The position numbers and the translations under genes are program-made. Under the pieces are notes generated by a model. That model saw nothing but the letters and a program-made list of their open reading frames with translations. It was not told the origin of the DNA and ran no database searches. 64,000 nt of DNA from Candidatus Eiseniibacteriota bacterium (lineage in GTDB: Bacteria; Eisenbacteria; RBG-16-71-46; SZUA-252): contig JANMQV010000152.1 in assembly GCA_031370645.1 (NCBI GenBank), positions 32,001-96,000 of the forward strand, in the 5' to 3' direction. The stretch's first letter is position 1. The number at the start of each line of letters is the position of its first letter. Positions 29,493-38,259 of this stretch are shown here, one piece after another.

Positions 29493-31445
29493 ATGGGCGT
29501 CTCCCTCGTCGTCGTCCACTACCGCACCCGGGAGCCGCTCGCTCGCCTTCTGGCGTCGCTTCGCACCGCGCGCCCGGCTCCCGTGCGCGAGCTCATCATC
29601 GTGAACAACTCGGGCGAGCCGCTCGACGACCTGGTCGCGGGCTCCGGTCTTCCGACGCGTGTTCTCTCGCCGGGGAAGAATCTTGGATACGCGGGGGGCG
29701 TGAACCTCGGCATCCGCGCGGCGACCGAGGAGGATGTGCTGATCCTGAACCCCGACATCCAGGTGACGCCGGGGTCGGTGGAGGCGCTCGTCCTCTGCGC
29801 CGAGCAGCGGCCGCGCGCCGGACTCGTGGCCCCGAAGCTCGTCTTCCCGGACGGAACGCTTCAGCTTTCCGTCCGGCGCTTCTACAATGCGAAAACACTC
29901 CTCCTCCGCCGGCTCCCACTGGGACCGATGGCGGAGCGGAGTCGAATCGTCCGCGACCACTTGATGGCCGATTGGGATCACGAGGAGTCGCGCCCCGTCG
30001 ACTGGGCGCTCGGCGCCGCCCTCTTCGCGCGGCGGCGTGCCATGCGGGACGTCGGGCTCATGGACGAGCGCTACTTCCTCTACTTCGAAGACGTCGATTG
30101 GTGCGAGCGGATGTGGCGCCACGGCTTCGAAGTGGTCTACTGCGCCGAGTCGCGCATGGTGCACGAGCACCAACGCGCCAGCGCCCGTCTCGAACCGCGG
30201 TCGTGGAAGGCCCATGCCGCGGGACTCCTCCGATTCGCGGAAAAGTGGAGTGCCGTCCTTTACGCCGTGAGCCAATACCGCCGCCGCATCGTGCAGGGCG
30301 TCGCTCTCGCGGGCGACCTGATCGCCGTCTCCGCCGCGTTCCTGGCGGCGTACGGCTTTCGCCTGCTCCTCGATCCGTGGTTCGAGAAGCCGGTCTTTCC
30401 GCTTCCGAACTACCGCGGTCTCTTCGTCTTCGCCCTCGCCATGACCATTGCCTCCCTCGCCTGGAACGGACTCTATCGCCGTCTCTCGTTCACGGACGGA
30501 ATCGATCGCGCGTTTTCGCTCGGGCGCGCCGTCGTGCAGGCGGGACTCCTCGTCATGGCGGCGACGTTCTTCTTCCAGACGCCCCGATTCTCGCGCGTCC
30601 TCGTCCTCCTCCTGGGGCCGCTCTGTTTCGGAATGCTTCTCGTCTCTCGCGCCGCGGTGGAGCGGCTCGGCGCCGGGGCGCGGCGACACGGTTTCGCCTT
30701 CCGCCGCGTGCTCCTCCTCGGGAGCGGCGAAGCGGCGGCGCGCGCGCGCGCGGCGCTCGAGGAAGCACGGGGCGAAGGGTTCGAGCCGCTTCGCGCCGAG
30801 TACTCGGGTCCCGAAGGGGAGACGCCGGAGGCAGCCGCGGCGAGGCTTCGGACTCTCGTCGCGACGGAACGAATCCAGATCGTCCTCCTCGTTCCCGACG
30901 AGCTGGAGCTTCCGCATCTCCTCGCCGTCGGCGCGGCCCTCCGCGAGTGCGGCGCGGCCATCTGGTGGGCCGGCCCGGCCGCGCTCTTGGCCCCGCTCGG
31001 CGCCGAGTCGCGGCTCGGCCCGCTTGACGCCGTGCTCCTCCACACTCCCTCGCGCGGACTCGGTCCGCGCACGCGGAAGCGAGTGAGCGATCTCTTCCTT
31101 TCGTTCTTGGTGGCGCCGTGGCGCTGGGGTGGGCTCCGCGCCTATCTCGCCGCGCACGAGGAGCCGCTCCGTCCCGCCGAAGCGTGGCGCCAAGTGTGGA
31201 GCGGAGAACGCTCCTGGGTAGGCCGGAGCCGGTACGAAGTCGATCGCTGGGCCGGCATACCGTCGTGGGCGCGGCTCGCGCTCCAAACGCTTCGCCCCGG
31301 GGTCGTCTCGCCCGCGCTCTCGAGCAAGAACGGCGCCGATCGCACCGCGCGCTTGGAGTCCGAGCTCGCCTATCTCTCTCGATTCTCGATGGCGGAGGAC
31401 CTGCGGCTCTTCCTTCGCGCGACGCGCGGGCAGGGAACCCGATGA
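29493..31445 (+). CDS. GT2 fused to a TM block and a degenerate phosphoglycosyltransferase (WbaP/Bac_transf-like) domain
   Basis: N-terminal NLGYAGGVN, LNPD, MDERYFLYFEDVDWC; four TM helices; RRVLLLGSG; C-terminal KRVSD...VWSGERSWVG...LRPGV...YLSRFSMAEDL. Confidence 0.8.
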   Translation: MGVSLVVVHYRTREPLARLLASLRTARPAPVRELIIVNNSGEPLDDLVAGSGLPTRVLSPGKNLGYAGGVNLGIRAATEEDVLILNPDIQVTPGSVEALVLCAEQRPRAGLVAPKLVFPDGTLQLSVRRFYNAKTLLLRRLPLGPMAERSRIVRDHLMADWDHEESRPVDWALGAALFARRRAMRDVGLMDERYFLYFEDVDWCERMWRHGFEVVYCAESRMVHEHQRASARLEPRSWKAHAAGLLRFAEKWSAVLYAVSQYRRRIVQGVALAGDLIAVSAAFLAAYGFRLLLDPWFEKPVFPLPNYRGLFVFALAMTIASLAWNGLYRRLSFTDGIDRAFSLGRAVVQAGLLVMAATFFFQTPRFSRVLVLLLGPLCFGMLLVSRAAVERLGAGARRHGFAFRRVLLLGSGEAAARARAALEEARGEGFEPLRAEYSGPEGETPEAAAARLRTLVATERIQIVLLVPDELELPHLLAVGAALRECGAAIWWAGPAALLAPLGAESRLGPLDAVLLHTPSRGLGPRTRKRVSDLFLSFLVAPWRWGGLRAYLAAHEEPLRPAEAWRQVWSGERSWVGRSRYEVDRWAGIPSWARLALQTLRPGVVSPALSSKNGADRTARLESELAYLSRFSMAEDLRLFLRATRGQGTR

Positions 31446-33643
31446 GGCGCTCCGTCGTGGCGGCATGGGCGCTCGTGCTCGTGGCGATCTCGATCGTTCC
31501 GTCCGCCGCCGAGAGCGCGACCCGGGTGTTTATCGTGAATCACGTCGCGTCGAACGACATCCGCGGAGCGGCGCCGTGGGGCGCGTCCCTGGCGCTCGCC
31601 ACAAACGGCGGGCTCGTCTTCGCCGACACGGCAACCGGGGGCACCTCGAAAGTCCTTCGCCGAAGCGGCGGGCTCGCGTCGAACAACCTCATGGCGATCG
31701 CCGCCAGTCCCGCCGGCGCCCTCTGGATCGGCACCGCCGATCTCGGCCTCTCGCGGTACCGGCCCGACGGGACGTTCCCTCGAACGCTCACGTCGTTTGA
31801 CGGACTCCCGAGCGATCGCGTGCAGGCGCTCCTCCGATCGGGGGACAGCGTCTGGGTCGCGACGAGCGGCGGCGTCGCCCTCTTCGCCGAGAACCCGGCC
31901 AACGGCCAGATCGCGCTCCGACGCTCCGATTCGAAGGCGAGCACCGGGGGCGCGTTGGTGAGCGACGACGTGACGTCGTTCGCGGTCTGGAACGACACGC
32001 TCTGGTGCGGCACGAACGCGGGGCTCTCGATCTTCGCCTCCGGAGTCTGGAGCGCGCGAAGTTCCATCGTCTCCGAGCGAGTGCAGGCGCTCCTGGTCGA
32101 GCGCGACACGCTCTGGGTCGGAACGAAGACGGGACTTCGCGCCTACGCCGGTGGAGCCGTCGCGTCGCGCGGGCTGGCGATCGAGACGCTCGCGCTGGCG
32201 GCCATTCCCGGCGGCGTCGGGCGCGGAACCACCATCGGCCCTTACCTCGAGTCGCCCGACGGCCTCGAGACATCGCTCGGGCTCGCCGGGCTTCCAATCG
32301 CGCGCGTCCAAGTGATGACCGCGACCGGCTCCTCGCGCGTGGTGGCGGGGACCGCGACGGGCCTCGCGCGGCGCGTCGAGGGCGCGACCCCCTGGGAGCC
32401 GATCCGGAGCGCCGGCCCCGAGTGGAACGGCGGCTCCCGCGTCTCGGCGGGAGGAGGAAACGTTTGGGTGACGCTCGGGAACGCGGTCCCGCCCGGATTG
32501 GGTATCGGGAGCGTCATGCGCTACGACGGGACGTCGTGGTCGATCCTTACCAGCGCCTCGACGGGCGGCAATTTACAGGATGCGGGCGCCATCGGAGTCC
32601 TGGCGGCGAGGGACGGCCGGCTCTGGGTCGGGCACTGCTGTTCGGGCTCGCTCGGGCCCTCGCGCCCTCGCGCCGATCGCTGGGATCCGGGCGCCGACGT
32701 CTGGGATCGCCCCGCCGCCTATAACATCATCGCGCTCGCGCAGGCGCCCTCCGGCCGCGTCTTCGCCGCGGGCGTCGAATACGAGAACGGCCTCTATCTC
32801 CTCGACGGGACGACGGCCGCGCTGCTCGATTCCCTCACGCCCGGGAACACGAACTCCGGGCTGAGCCGAAACAATCTCCGCGACGTCGCGTTCGATCCGT
32901 CGGGTCGCGCCTGGATCGCGACGGTCGACAACGGCGTCGATCGCTGGAACGGAAACGGCACCGACGATCACGCCGACGACGGCTGGACGCACTTCGCGGG
33001 CATCGGCTTCCCGAGTCTCCAGACCACGGCGATCGCCGTCGTCGCCGGCAACGACGCGTGGGTCGGGACGCGAGGCGGAGCGGTTCGAATTGCGAACGAC
33101 GCGGTCGACCTCTTGGCCACGTCGCGCGCCAACAGCGCCATCGGCGGCGCGGAGGTGAACGACCTCGCGGTGGACGACGACCATGCCGTTTGGATCGCCA
33201 CCGCCGGCGGATTGACGCGGATCTCCCCCTCCGGGCAGATCGAGCGATTCGGCGCAGACGACGGGCTCGCGGACGAAGACGTGCTGGCGCTCTCGTGGGA
33301 CGGCGCACGCGAGATCCTCTGGGCGGTCACCGCCGGAGGGGTTTCGGAGATTCACCCCGCCCTCTCCACGCGCGCGTCGTTCGACGACGGGAGCTACGTC
33401 TATCCCAATCCCGCGACCGCGGCGAGCGCGCCGATTCGGCTGGGCGGCATCTCGGGCGAGATTCGCGGCGAGATCCGAGATCTCTCGGGAACGCGCATTC
33501 GTTCCTTTCACGCGAACCCCGTCGCCACCGCCGTCTGGGATCTCCGCGACGAGCAGGGATCGATCGTGGCTCCGGGAATCTATCTCGTGGTGCTCCGTCA
33601 GGGCGACCTGACGCGCGTGCTCCGCGTGGCGGTCACGCGATGA
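31442..33643 (+). CDS. PorZ-like beta-propeller protein with C-terminal T9SS/FlgD-like sorting domain
   Basis: Signal peptide; many Reg_prop-type blades (GLASNNLMAI...LWIGT; GLPSDRVQAL...VWVATSGGV; GLSRNNLRDVAFD...AWIAT); C-terminus YVYPNP...IRDLSG...WDLRDEQGSIVAPGIYLV. Confidence 0.75.
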   Translation: MRRSVVAAWALVLVAISIVPSAAESATRVFIVNHVASNDIRGAAPWGASLALATNGGLVFADTATGGTSKVLRRSGGLASNNLMAIAASPAGALWIGTADLGLSRYRPDGTFPRTLTSFDGLPSDRVQALLRSGDSVWVATSGGVALFAENPANGQIALRRSDSKASTGGALVSDDVTSFAVWNDTLWCGTNAGLSIFASGVWSARSSIVSERVQALLVERDTLWVGTKTGLRAYAGGAVASRGLAIETLALAAIPGGVGRGTTIGPYLESPDGLETSLGLAGLPIARVQVMTATGSSRVVAGTATGLARRVEGATPWEPIRSAGPEWNGGSRVSAGGGNVWVTLGNAVPPGLGIGSVMRYDGTSWSILTSASTGGNLQDAGAIGVLAARDGRLWVGHCCSGSLGPSRPRADRWDPGADVWDRPAAYNIIALAQAPSGRVFAAGVEYENGLYLLDGTTAALLDSLTPGNTNSGLSRNNLRDVAFDPSGRAWIATVDNGVDRWNGNGTDDHADDGWTHFAGIGFPSLQTTAIAVVAGNDAWVGTRGGAVRIANDAVDLLATSRANSAIGGAEVNDLAVDDDHAVWIATAGGLTRISPSGQIERFGADDGLADEDVLALSWDGAREILWAVTAGGVSEIHPALSTRASFDDGSYVYPNPATAASAPIRLGGISGEIRGEIRDLSGTRIRSFHANPVATAVWDLRDEQGSIVAPGIYLVVLRQGDLTRVLRVAVTR

Positions 33644-33668
33644 CGCCGCGCGCGCTCTCCGACTCGCG

Positions 33669-34643
33669 ATGAAATTCGAGTCGCCGCTCGTCCTCGTTTC
33701 GCCTCCCGATCGCGAGCGCTGGGACGCGCTCGTCGCGGGCGCGCCGGGGGCGAGCTTCATCCACACACCGGCGTGGGCCAAACTCTGGACCGACGAATGG
33801 CCGGACTCCCGCTGGGAAGCGCTCGTGGTGGAGGAAGGGGGCGCCTACGCCGCGGGGCTCGGAGCGATCGTTCGGCGCCGCGGGCCGTTTCGCACGATCG
33901 ACGCCATGCCCTTCGCCACCTACGGCGGGCCACTCGTCCGAAAGGGACACCCCGACCCCCGCGGCCTCTCGACGGCGCTCCTCGAAGGATTCGCCCGATG
34001 GATCGGAGGCCCCTTCGTGCTCCGCGCTTCGCTGGCGTGGGAGCGGGGCGATCGCGACGCGTTTCCCGACCGCCTGCCTCCGCTCGAGTCGTTCACGCAC
34101 GTGCTGCCGCTGTCGGCGGATTACGAGGAGGTCGCGTCCCACTTCTCTCCCTCCACGCGACGGCTCGTTCGGCAGGCCGACGAGAGCGGCCTTTCGATCG
34201 AAACGGCCGACACGATCGAAAAGATCGGCGCCTTCTACGGCCTGGCCGTGGAAACCGTGCGGCGCCGCGGCGGCACGCCGAAGCCGCGATCGCTCTACGA
34301 ACGGATCTTTCACGATCTCGTCTCGAAGGGATCGGGACGCTATCACCTCGTCCGTCACGGCGAGAACGTGGTGGCGGGGAGCCTCCATTTTTTCCACGAG
34401 GGCGTGGCGACGAACTGGCTCCCGGTTTCGAGCGAGGCGGCGTGGCCGCTTCGGCCGAATAATTTCCTCATCGCCTCGATCCTCGAAACGCTGAGCGCCG
34501 CGGGCTACCTGGAATACAACTTCGGCGCCTCGCCCCCCGACGCCTCGGGTCTCATCCGCTACAAAGAGGGGTGGGGCGCGCGGAGCCGCCCCGTCCTTCT
34601 CGCGGGGCGCCGCTCGGGACTCCACCGGCGCTTCCGCCCGTAG
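33669..34643 (+). CDS. FemAB-like GNAT acyl/aminoacyl-transferase
   Basis: WDALV...FIHTPAW, MPFATYGGPL, RRLVRQA, RPNNFLI, YNFGAS, GLIRYKEGWGA. Confidence 0.8.
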   Translation: MKFESPLVLVSPPDRERWDALVAGAPGASFIHTPAWAKLWTDEWPDSRWEALVVEEGGAYAAGLGAIVRRRGPFRTIDAMPFATYGGPLVRKGHPDPRGLSTALLEGFARWIGGPFVLRASLAWERGDRDAFPDRLPPLESFTHVLPLSADYEEVASHFSPSTRRLVRQADESGLSIETADTIEKIGAFYGLAVETVRRRGGTPKPRSLYERIFHDLVSKGSGRYHLVRHGENVVAGSLHFFHEGVATNWLPVSSEAAWPLRPNNFLIASILETLSAAGYLEYNFGASPPDASGLIRYKEGWGARSRPVLLAGRRSGLHRRFRP

Positions 34644-34651
34644 GCCGACGC

Positions 34652-35794
34652 GTGCGGATCCTCCTCCTCGCGCACGCACCGTCGATCCACACGCAGCGCT
34701 GGGCGCGGTCGCTCGGGGCGCGGGGGCACGACGTGCGGCTTCTCTCGGTGACGCCGGCGCCGAGCGCGGCCGTCCCGGGCGAGCCGATCGGTTGGCGCGG
34801 CGCGCCGCTTCCGTTTCTCCGCTATGCCGCCGCGCGGGGAAAGGTGCGGCGCGTGCTCGAGTCGTGGAAGCCGGACGCGACGGTCGCGCACTTTCTTCCG
34901 AATTACGGGTTCCTCGCCATGCTCTCCGGCGCGCATCCCTTCGTGCTGACGGCGTGGGGCTCCGATCTCCTCGTGAACGCCCGCCGCTCGCCGTTTCACG
35001 AGGCGCGCGCTCGCGCGGTGCTGGGGCGCGCCTCGCTGATCCACGTCGATTCCGAGAATCTCGCCGTCGCCGCGCGGGCGCTTGGCGCCGAGCCCCACCG
35101 CCTCTGGATGCGCCCGTGGGGCGTGGAGGTGGACGCCCTCGCGCCCGCGTCGCCCTGGAATGAGCGACGCGTGCGCGCCGGCGCGATCCGCGTCCTCTGG
35201 AATCGGATGCTCGAACCGCTCTACGATCCCGAGACCTTGCTTCGGGCGCTCGAGGCGCTCCGACGGAGCGGCCGCGATGTACGAGCCACGATCGCGGGGG
35301 ACGGTCCGCTCCGTCCCGCGCTCGAGGTCGCTGCTGCGCGTCTCGGCCTCGCCGCGAACGTCCGCTTCACCGGGCGGGTGGACGAAGCGGCGATGCGCGC
35401 CCTCTACCGGGAACATGAGTTCTACGTCTCCATGTCCCGATCCGATTCCACTTCGCAGTCGCTCCTCGAGGCGATGGCGTCGGGGCTCTATCCGATTGTG
35501 AGCGACATCGCGGGGAACCTCCCCTGGGTGCGGGGCGCCGCGGCCGCGCGCGAAGCGGCGGGCGATGCGGGGCGCCTCGTGCCTTGCGGCGACGACCGTG
35601 CGTTGGCGGCGGCGATCATCGCGGCGGCCGACGATCCCGATGGCGCGGAACGAATCGCTCGAGGGATCGCGCGCGTTCGCGCGGAGGCGGACTGGAGAGA
35701 GACCGTGTCGCAATTCGAGGCGCGGCTCGCCCTGCTTTCGCGCGACGCCCGAAACGGCGCGGGAGCAGGACCCGGGGGAGCGAGCCGGGCATGA
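34652..35794 (+). CDS. Glycosyltransferase family 4
   Basis: MRILLLAHAPSIHTQRWA, TAWGSDLL, RMLEPLYD, SDSTSQSLLEAMASG. Confidence 0.88.
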   Translation: MRILLLAHAPSIHTQRWARSLGARGHDVRLLSVTPAPSAAVPGEPIGWRGAPLPFLRYAAARGKVRRVLESWKPDATVAHFLPNYGFLAMLSGAHPFVLTAWGSDLLVNARRSPFHEARARAVLGRASLIHVDSENLAVAARALGAEPHRLWMRPWGVEVDALAPASPWNERRVRAGAIRVLWNRMLEPLYDPETLLRALEALRRSGRDVRATIAGDGPLRPALEVAAARLGLAANVRFTGRVDEAAMRALYREHEFYVSMSRSDSTSQSLLEAMASGLYPIVSDIAGNLPWVRGAAAAREAAGDAGRLVPCGDDRALAAAIIAAADDPDGAERIARGIARVRAEADWRETVSQFEARLALLSRDARNGAGAGPGGASRA

Positions 35795-37128
35795 AACGGC
35801 TTCTCGTCCTCGCCTACTTCTTTCCGCCCCTCGGCGGCGGCGGATGCCAGCGGACGCTCAAACTCGTTCGCTACCTCGAACCGAACGGATGGGTCTCCAC
35901 CGTGGTGACGGTGAAGGAACCCGACTACTGGATCCTCGACCCGACGCTCCTCGAGGAGATTCCCGCTTCGTGCGAGGTGGCCCGCGTGAGCGCGCTGACT
36001 TCGCAGCGTCTCCTCCGCCTCCTTGGGGGTGCGGGCGTTCAACTGGAGGAGCGACAGGGGACTCGGCGCGCGGGAGCCTTCCGCGCTCTGAGACGCCTGC
36101 AGCAATTCGTCGCGATCCCCGACGGCTATCGCCCCTGGGCGCGCGCCGCCGAGCGCGCCGCCGCTGCGCGCCTCGCGAAGGGAGGCATCGACGCGCTCTG
36201 GACCACGTCGTCGCCCGAGAGCGCGCATCTCGCCGGCCTCGCGCTGAAACGGAAATTCGCGCTCCCGTGGATCGCCGACTTTCGTGATCCGTGGGTCGGG
36301 CGCGTCACCTATGCGCCTCCCACCGCGTGGCACGATCGCCGGCACCGCGCGCTCGAACGTGAAGTCGTCGCCACCGCCGATCGCGTCACTGTCGTGAGCG
36401 AAGCCATGGCGGCGCGGTTCCGGGAGCGCTATCCCGCGCTCGGCCCCGCGCACTTCGTCGTGCTTCCGAACGGATACGACCCCGACGACTGGGCGCGTGT
36501 CGCGCGACTCCCGTTGTCGCTCGAGCCGGACGCGGCTCGTGAGGCCGACGCGCGGCGTTTCGTCGTGCTTCATGCCGGCCAGCTGGCGCATCGCCCCACC
36601 GTCGGCGACCTGCTCGCCGCCGTGGCCCGCCTCGTGGAGGAATCGCCCGCACGCCGGAAGACGCTTCGGCTCCGTTTCATGGGTGGAAACGAAGGGCTCG
36701 ACGCGGCGACCGTGGCGCGGAAGGGGCTCTCGGAGGTCGTGGATCTTCTGCCGTCGCGTCCCCACCTCGAGGCGATGGCGGCCATGAGGCGGGCGAATCT
36801 CCTTGTCCTCTTGGGCCATGGCGGAGAGGCCGATTCCCAACTCTACACGGGGAAAATCTACGAATACCTCACGAGTGGAACGCCGCTTGTCGGCGTCCTC
36901 GGCCCAGGCCCGGCCAGCGACCTCATCTCCCGAGCGGGAGGCGGCCGCGCGTGTCTTCCAGGGGACGTAGATGGCGTCTGTTCCGCGATTCGATCCCCCC
37001 TGGAGGCCTGGGAACGACATGAAAAGCGGCAGGACCTCCCACTTCCAGCGATCGCCGTCGAGTGGGAGCGCCGAACCATGGCCCGGCAGGCCGCCGAACT
37101 CCTCGATTCAGTCCATTCCAAGCGCTAG
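35791..37128 (+). CDS. Glycosyltransferase family 4-like
   Basis: AYFFPPLGGGGCQRTLK, TTSSPESAH, ADFRDPW, PNGYD, GKIYEYL. Confidence 0.88.
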   Translation: MKRLLVLAYFFPPLGGGGCQRTLKLVRYLEPNGWVSTVVTVKEPDYWILDPTLLEEIPASCEVARVSALTSQRLLRLLGGAGVQLEERQGTRRAGAFRALRRLQQFVAIPDGYRPWARAAERAAAARLAKGGIDALWTTSSPESAHLAGLALKRKFALPWIADFRDPWVGRVTYAPPTAWHDRRHRALEREVVATADRVTVVSEAMAARFRERYPALGPAHFVVLPNGYDPDDWARVARLPLSLEPDAAREADARRFVVLHAGQLAHRPTVGDLLAAVARLVEESPARRKTLRLRFMGGNEGLDAATVARKGLSEVVDLLPSRPHLEAMAAMRRANLLVLLGHGGEADSQLYTGKIYEYLTSGTPLVGVLGPGPASDLISRAGGGRACLPGDVDGVCSAIRSPLEAWERHEKRQDLPLPAIAVEWERRTMARQAAELLDSVHSKR

Positions 37129-37217
37129 CCTCCGCCTTCCTCCCCACGATTTCCCCCCCCTTCCGTAAGCCTTTGGACTCCATGGAAATAAAATTTCATT
37201 TTTTCTAGGATTCCGCG

Positions 37218-37246
37218 TTGACACCCCCTATCGGGATGCCTAGGAT
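37218..37246 (+). promoter_or_regulatory. dcw (Pmra) sigma70 promoter
   Basis: TTGACA-17 nt-TAGGAT, with an AT-rich UP-like tract at about 37186-37207. Confidence 0.85.
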
Positions 37247-37254
37247 GCGCGCTG

Positions 37255-37280
37255 GTGGAGGGAAGTGGGGAATTGTGGGG
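37255..37280 (+). promoter_or_regulatory. MraZ operator (three GTGG boxes at 10-bp period)
   Basis: GTGG at 37255, 37265 and 37275, just downstream of the -10 box; matches known MraZ direct-repeat operators. Confidence 0.85.
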
Positions 37281-37346
37281 GGATGAGCTGGTGGCCTTCC
37301 CACCTGCTCCCAAGGGCACTCAGAGGCGACACGGGCGAGTCAGGGG

Positions 37347-37787
37347 ATGGCGACGTTCCGCGGTAGCTACGAACACACCATTGATCACAAGGGGCGCGTC
37401 AGCATTCCGGCGCGCTTCCGCCGCCAGTTGTCCGGTGACGCGAACGAGACGTTTGTCGTTCTCCGCGGCCTCGACACCTGTGTCGCGCTCTATCCCGCCG
37501 ACGAGTTCCGCCGACTCGAAGAACGCCTTCGCGCCCGCTCGTTCACCGACGAGACGACGCGTCGTTTTCAGCGGCTCCTCTTCCACGATTCGCGCGACGA
37601 GACGCTCGATGCGCAGGGACGCGTGGCGCTTCCGCCCGCGCTCATCACGCACGCCGAACTGAAGCACGGCGTGCTCGTGAAGGGCGTGCTCGACCACATC
37701 GAAATTTGGAATCCCGACACCTACGAGCGCTATGTCGGCGCCTCGAATCGAACATACGAAGAAATCGCGGGAGAACTCCTACTGTGA
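37347..37787 (+). CDS. mraZ: Division/cell-wall transcriptional repressor MraZ
   Basis: FRGSYEHTIDHKGRVSIPARFR, LDAQGRVALP, GVLDHIEIWN. Confidence 0.97.
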   Translation: MATFRGSYEHTIDHKGRVSIPARFRRQLSGDANETFVVLRGLDTCVALYPADEFRRLEERLRARSFTDETTRRFQRLLFHDSRDETLDAQGRVALPPALITHAELKHGVLVKGVLDHIEIWNPDTYERYVGASNRTYEEIAGELLL

Positions 37788-38236
37788 TCGCCGCCACGCT
37801 TCGCCGCGACCGGACTTCGGTCGGAGAACACCCGACCTACCAGTGGGACGCCGCGCTCGACGCCGGCGCGCGCACGATCCGGCTCTACGGCCGCCTCGGC
37901 GAGCGCGAACTTCGCCGCGTGCTCGACGCGATCGTGGAGCGAGCCCGTTCGCCGCGCGACACGGTGCACGTCGATTTCTCCGGCGTCTCGCACGTCGACT
38001 TCCGAGCCGTCGCGGAGTTCTTGGCGGCGCTCGGACGCCTTCGCGATCGAAGCGCGGCGATCTGGATCGTCGGGGCATCGCCCTACATTCGGCAGCTCAT
38101 GGACGTCTCGGGTGAGGGGTCGCTGCGGCGAGCGCTCTCCCCAGACGTGGGACCCGCGGCAAGTGCGGCCCGGCCGGGAGGAGACGAACTCCGCGCGGCC
38201 GAGCGGCGCGCGCTTCGAGCGGGCACCTGGAACTAG
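37784..38236 (+). CDS. STAS-domain protein (anti-sigma antagonist fold)
   Basis: GTGA overlap with the mraZ stop; IRLYGRL, VHVDFSGVSHVDFRAV and IVGASPYIRQLMDVSG match STAS secondary-structure motifs. Confidence 0.75.
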   Translation: MIAATLRRDRTSVGEHPTYQWDAALDAGARTIRLYGRLGERELRRVLDAIVERARSPRDTVHVDFSGVSHVDFRAVAEFLAALGRLRDRSAAIWIVGASPYIRQLMDVSGEGSLRRALSPDVGPAASAARPGGDELRAAERRALRAGTWN

Positions 38237-38259
38237 ACGGACCGACGGGGAACGGAGCG

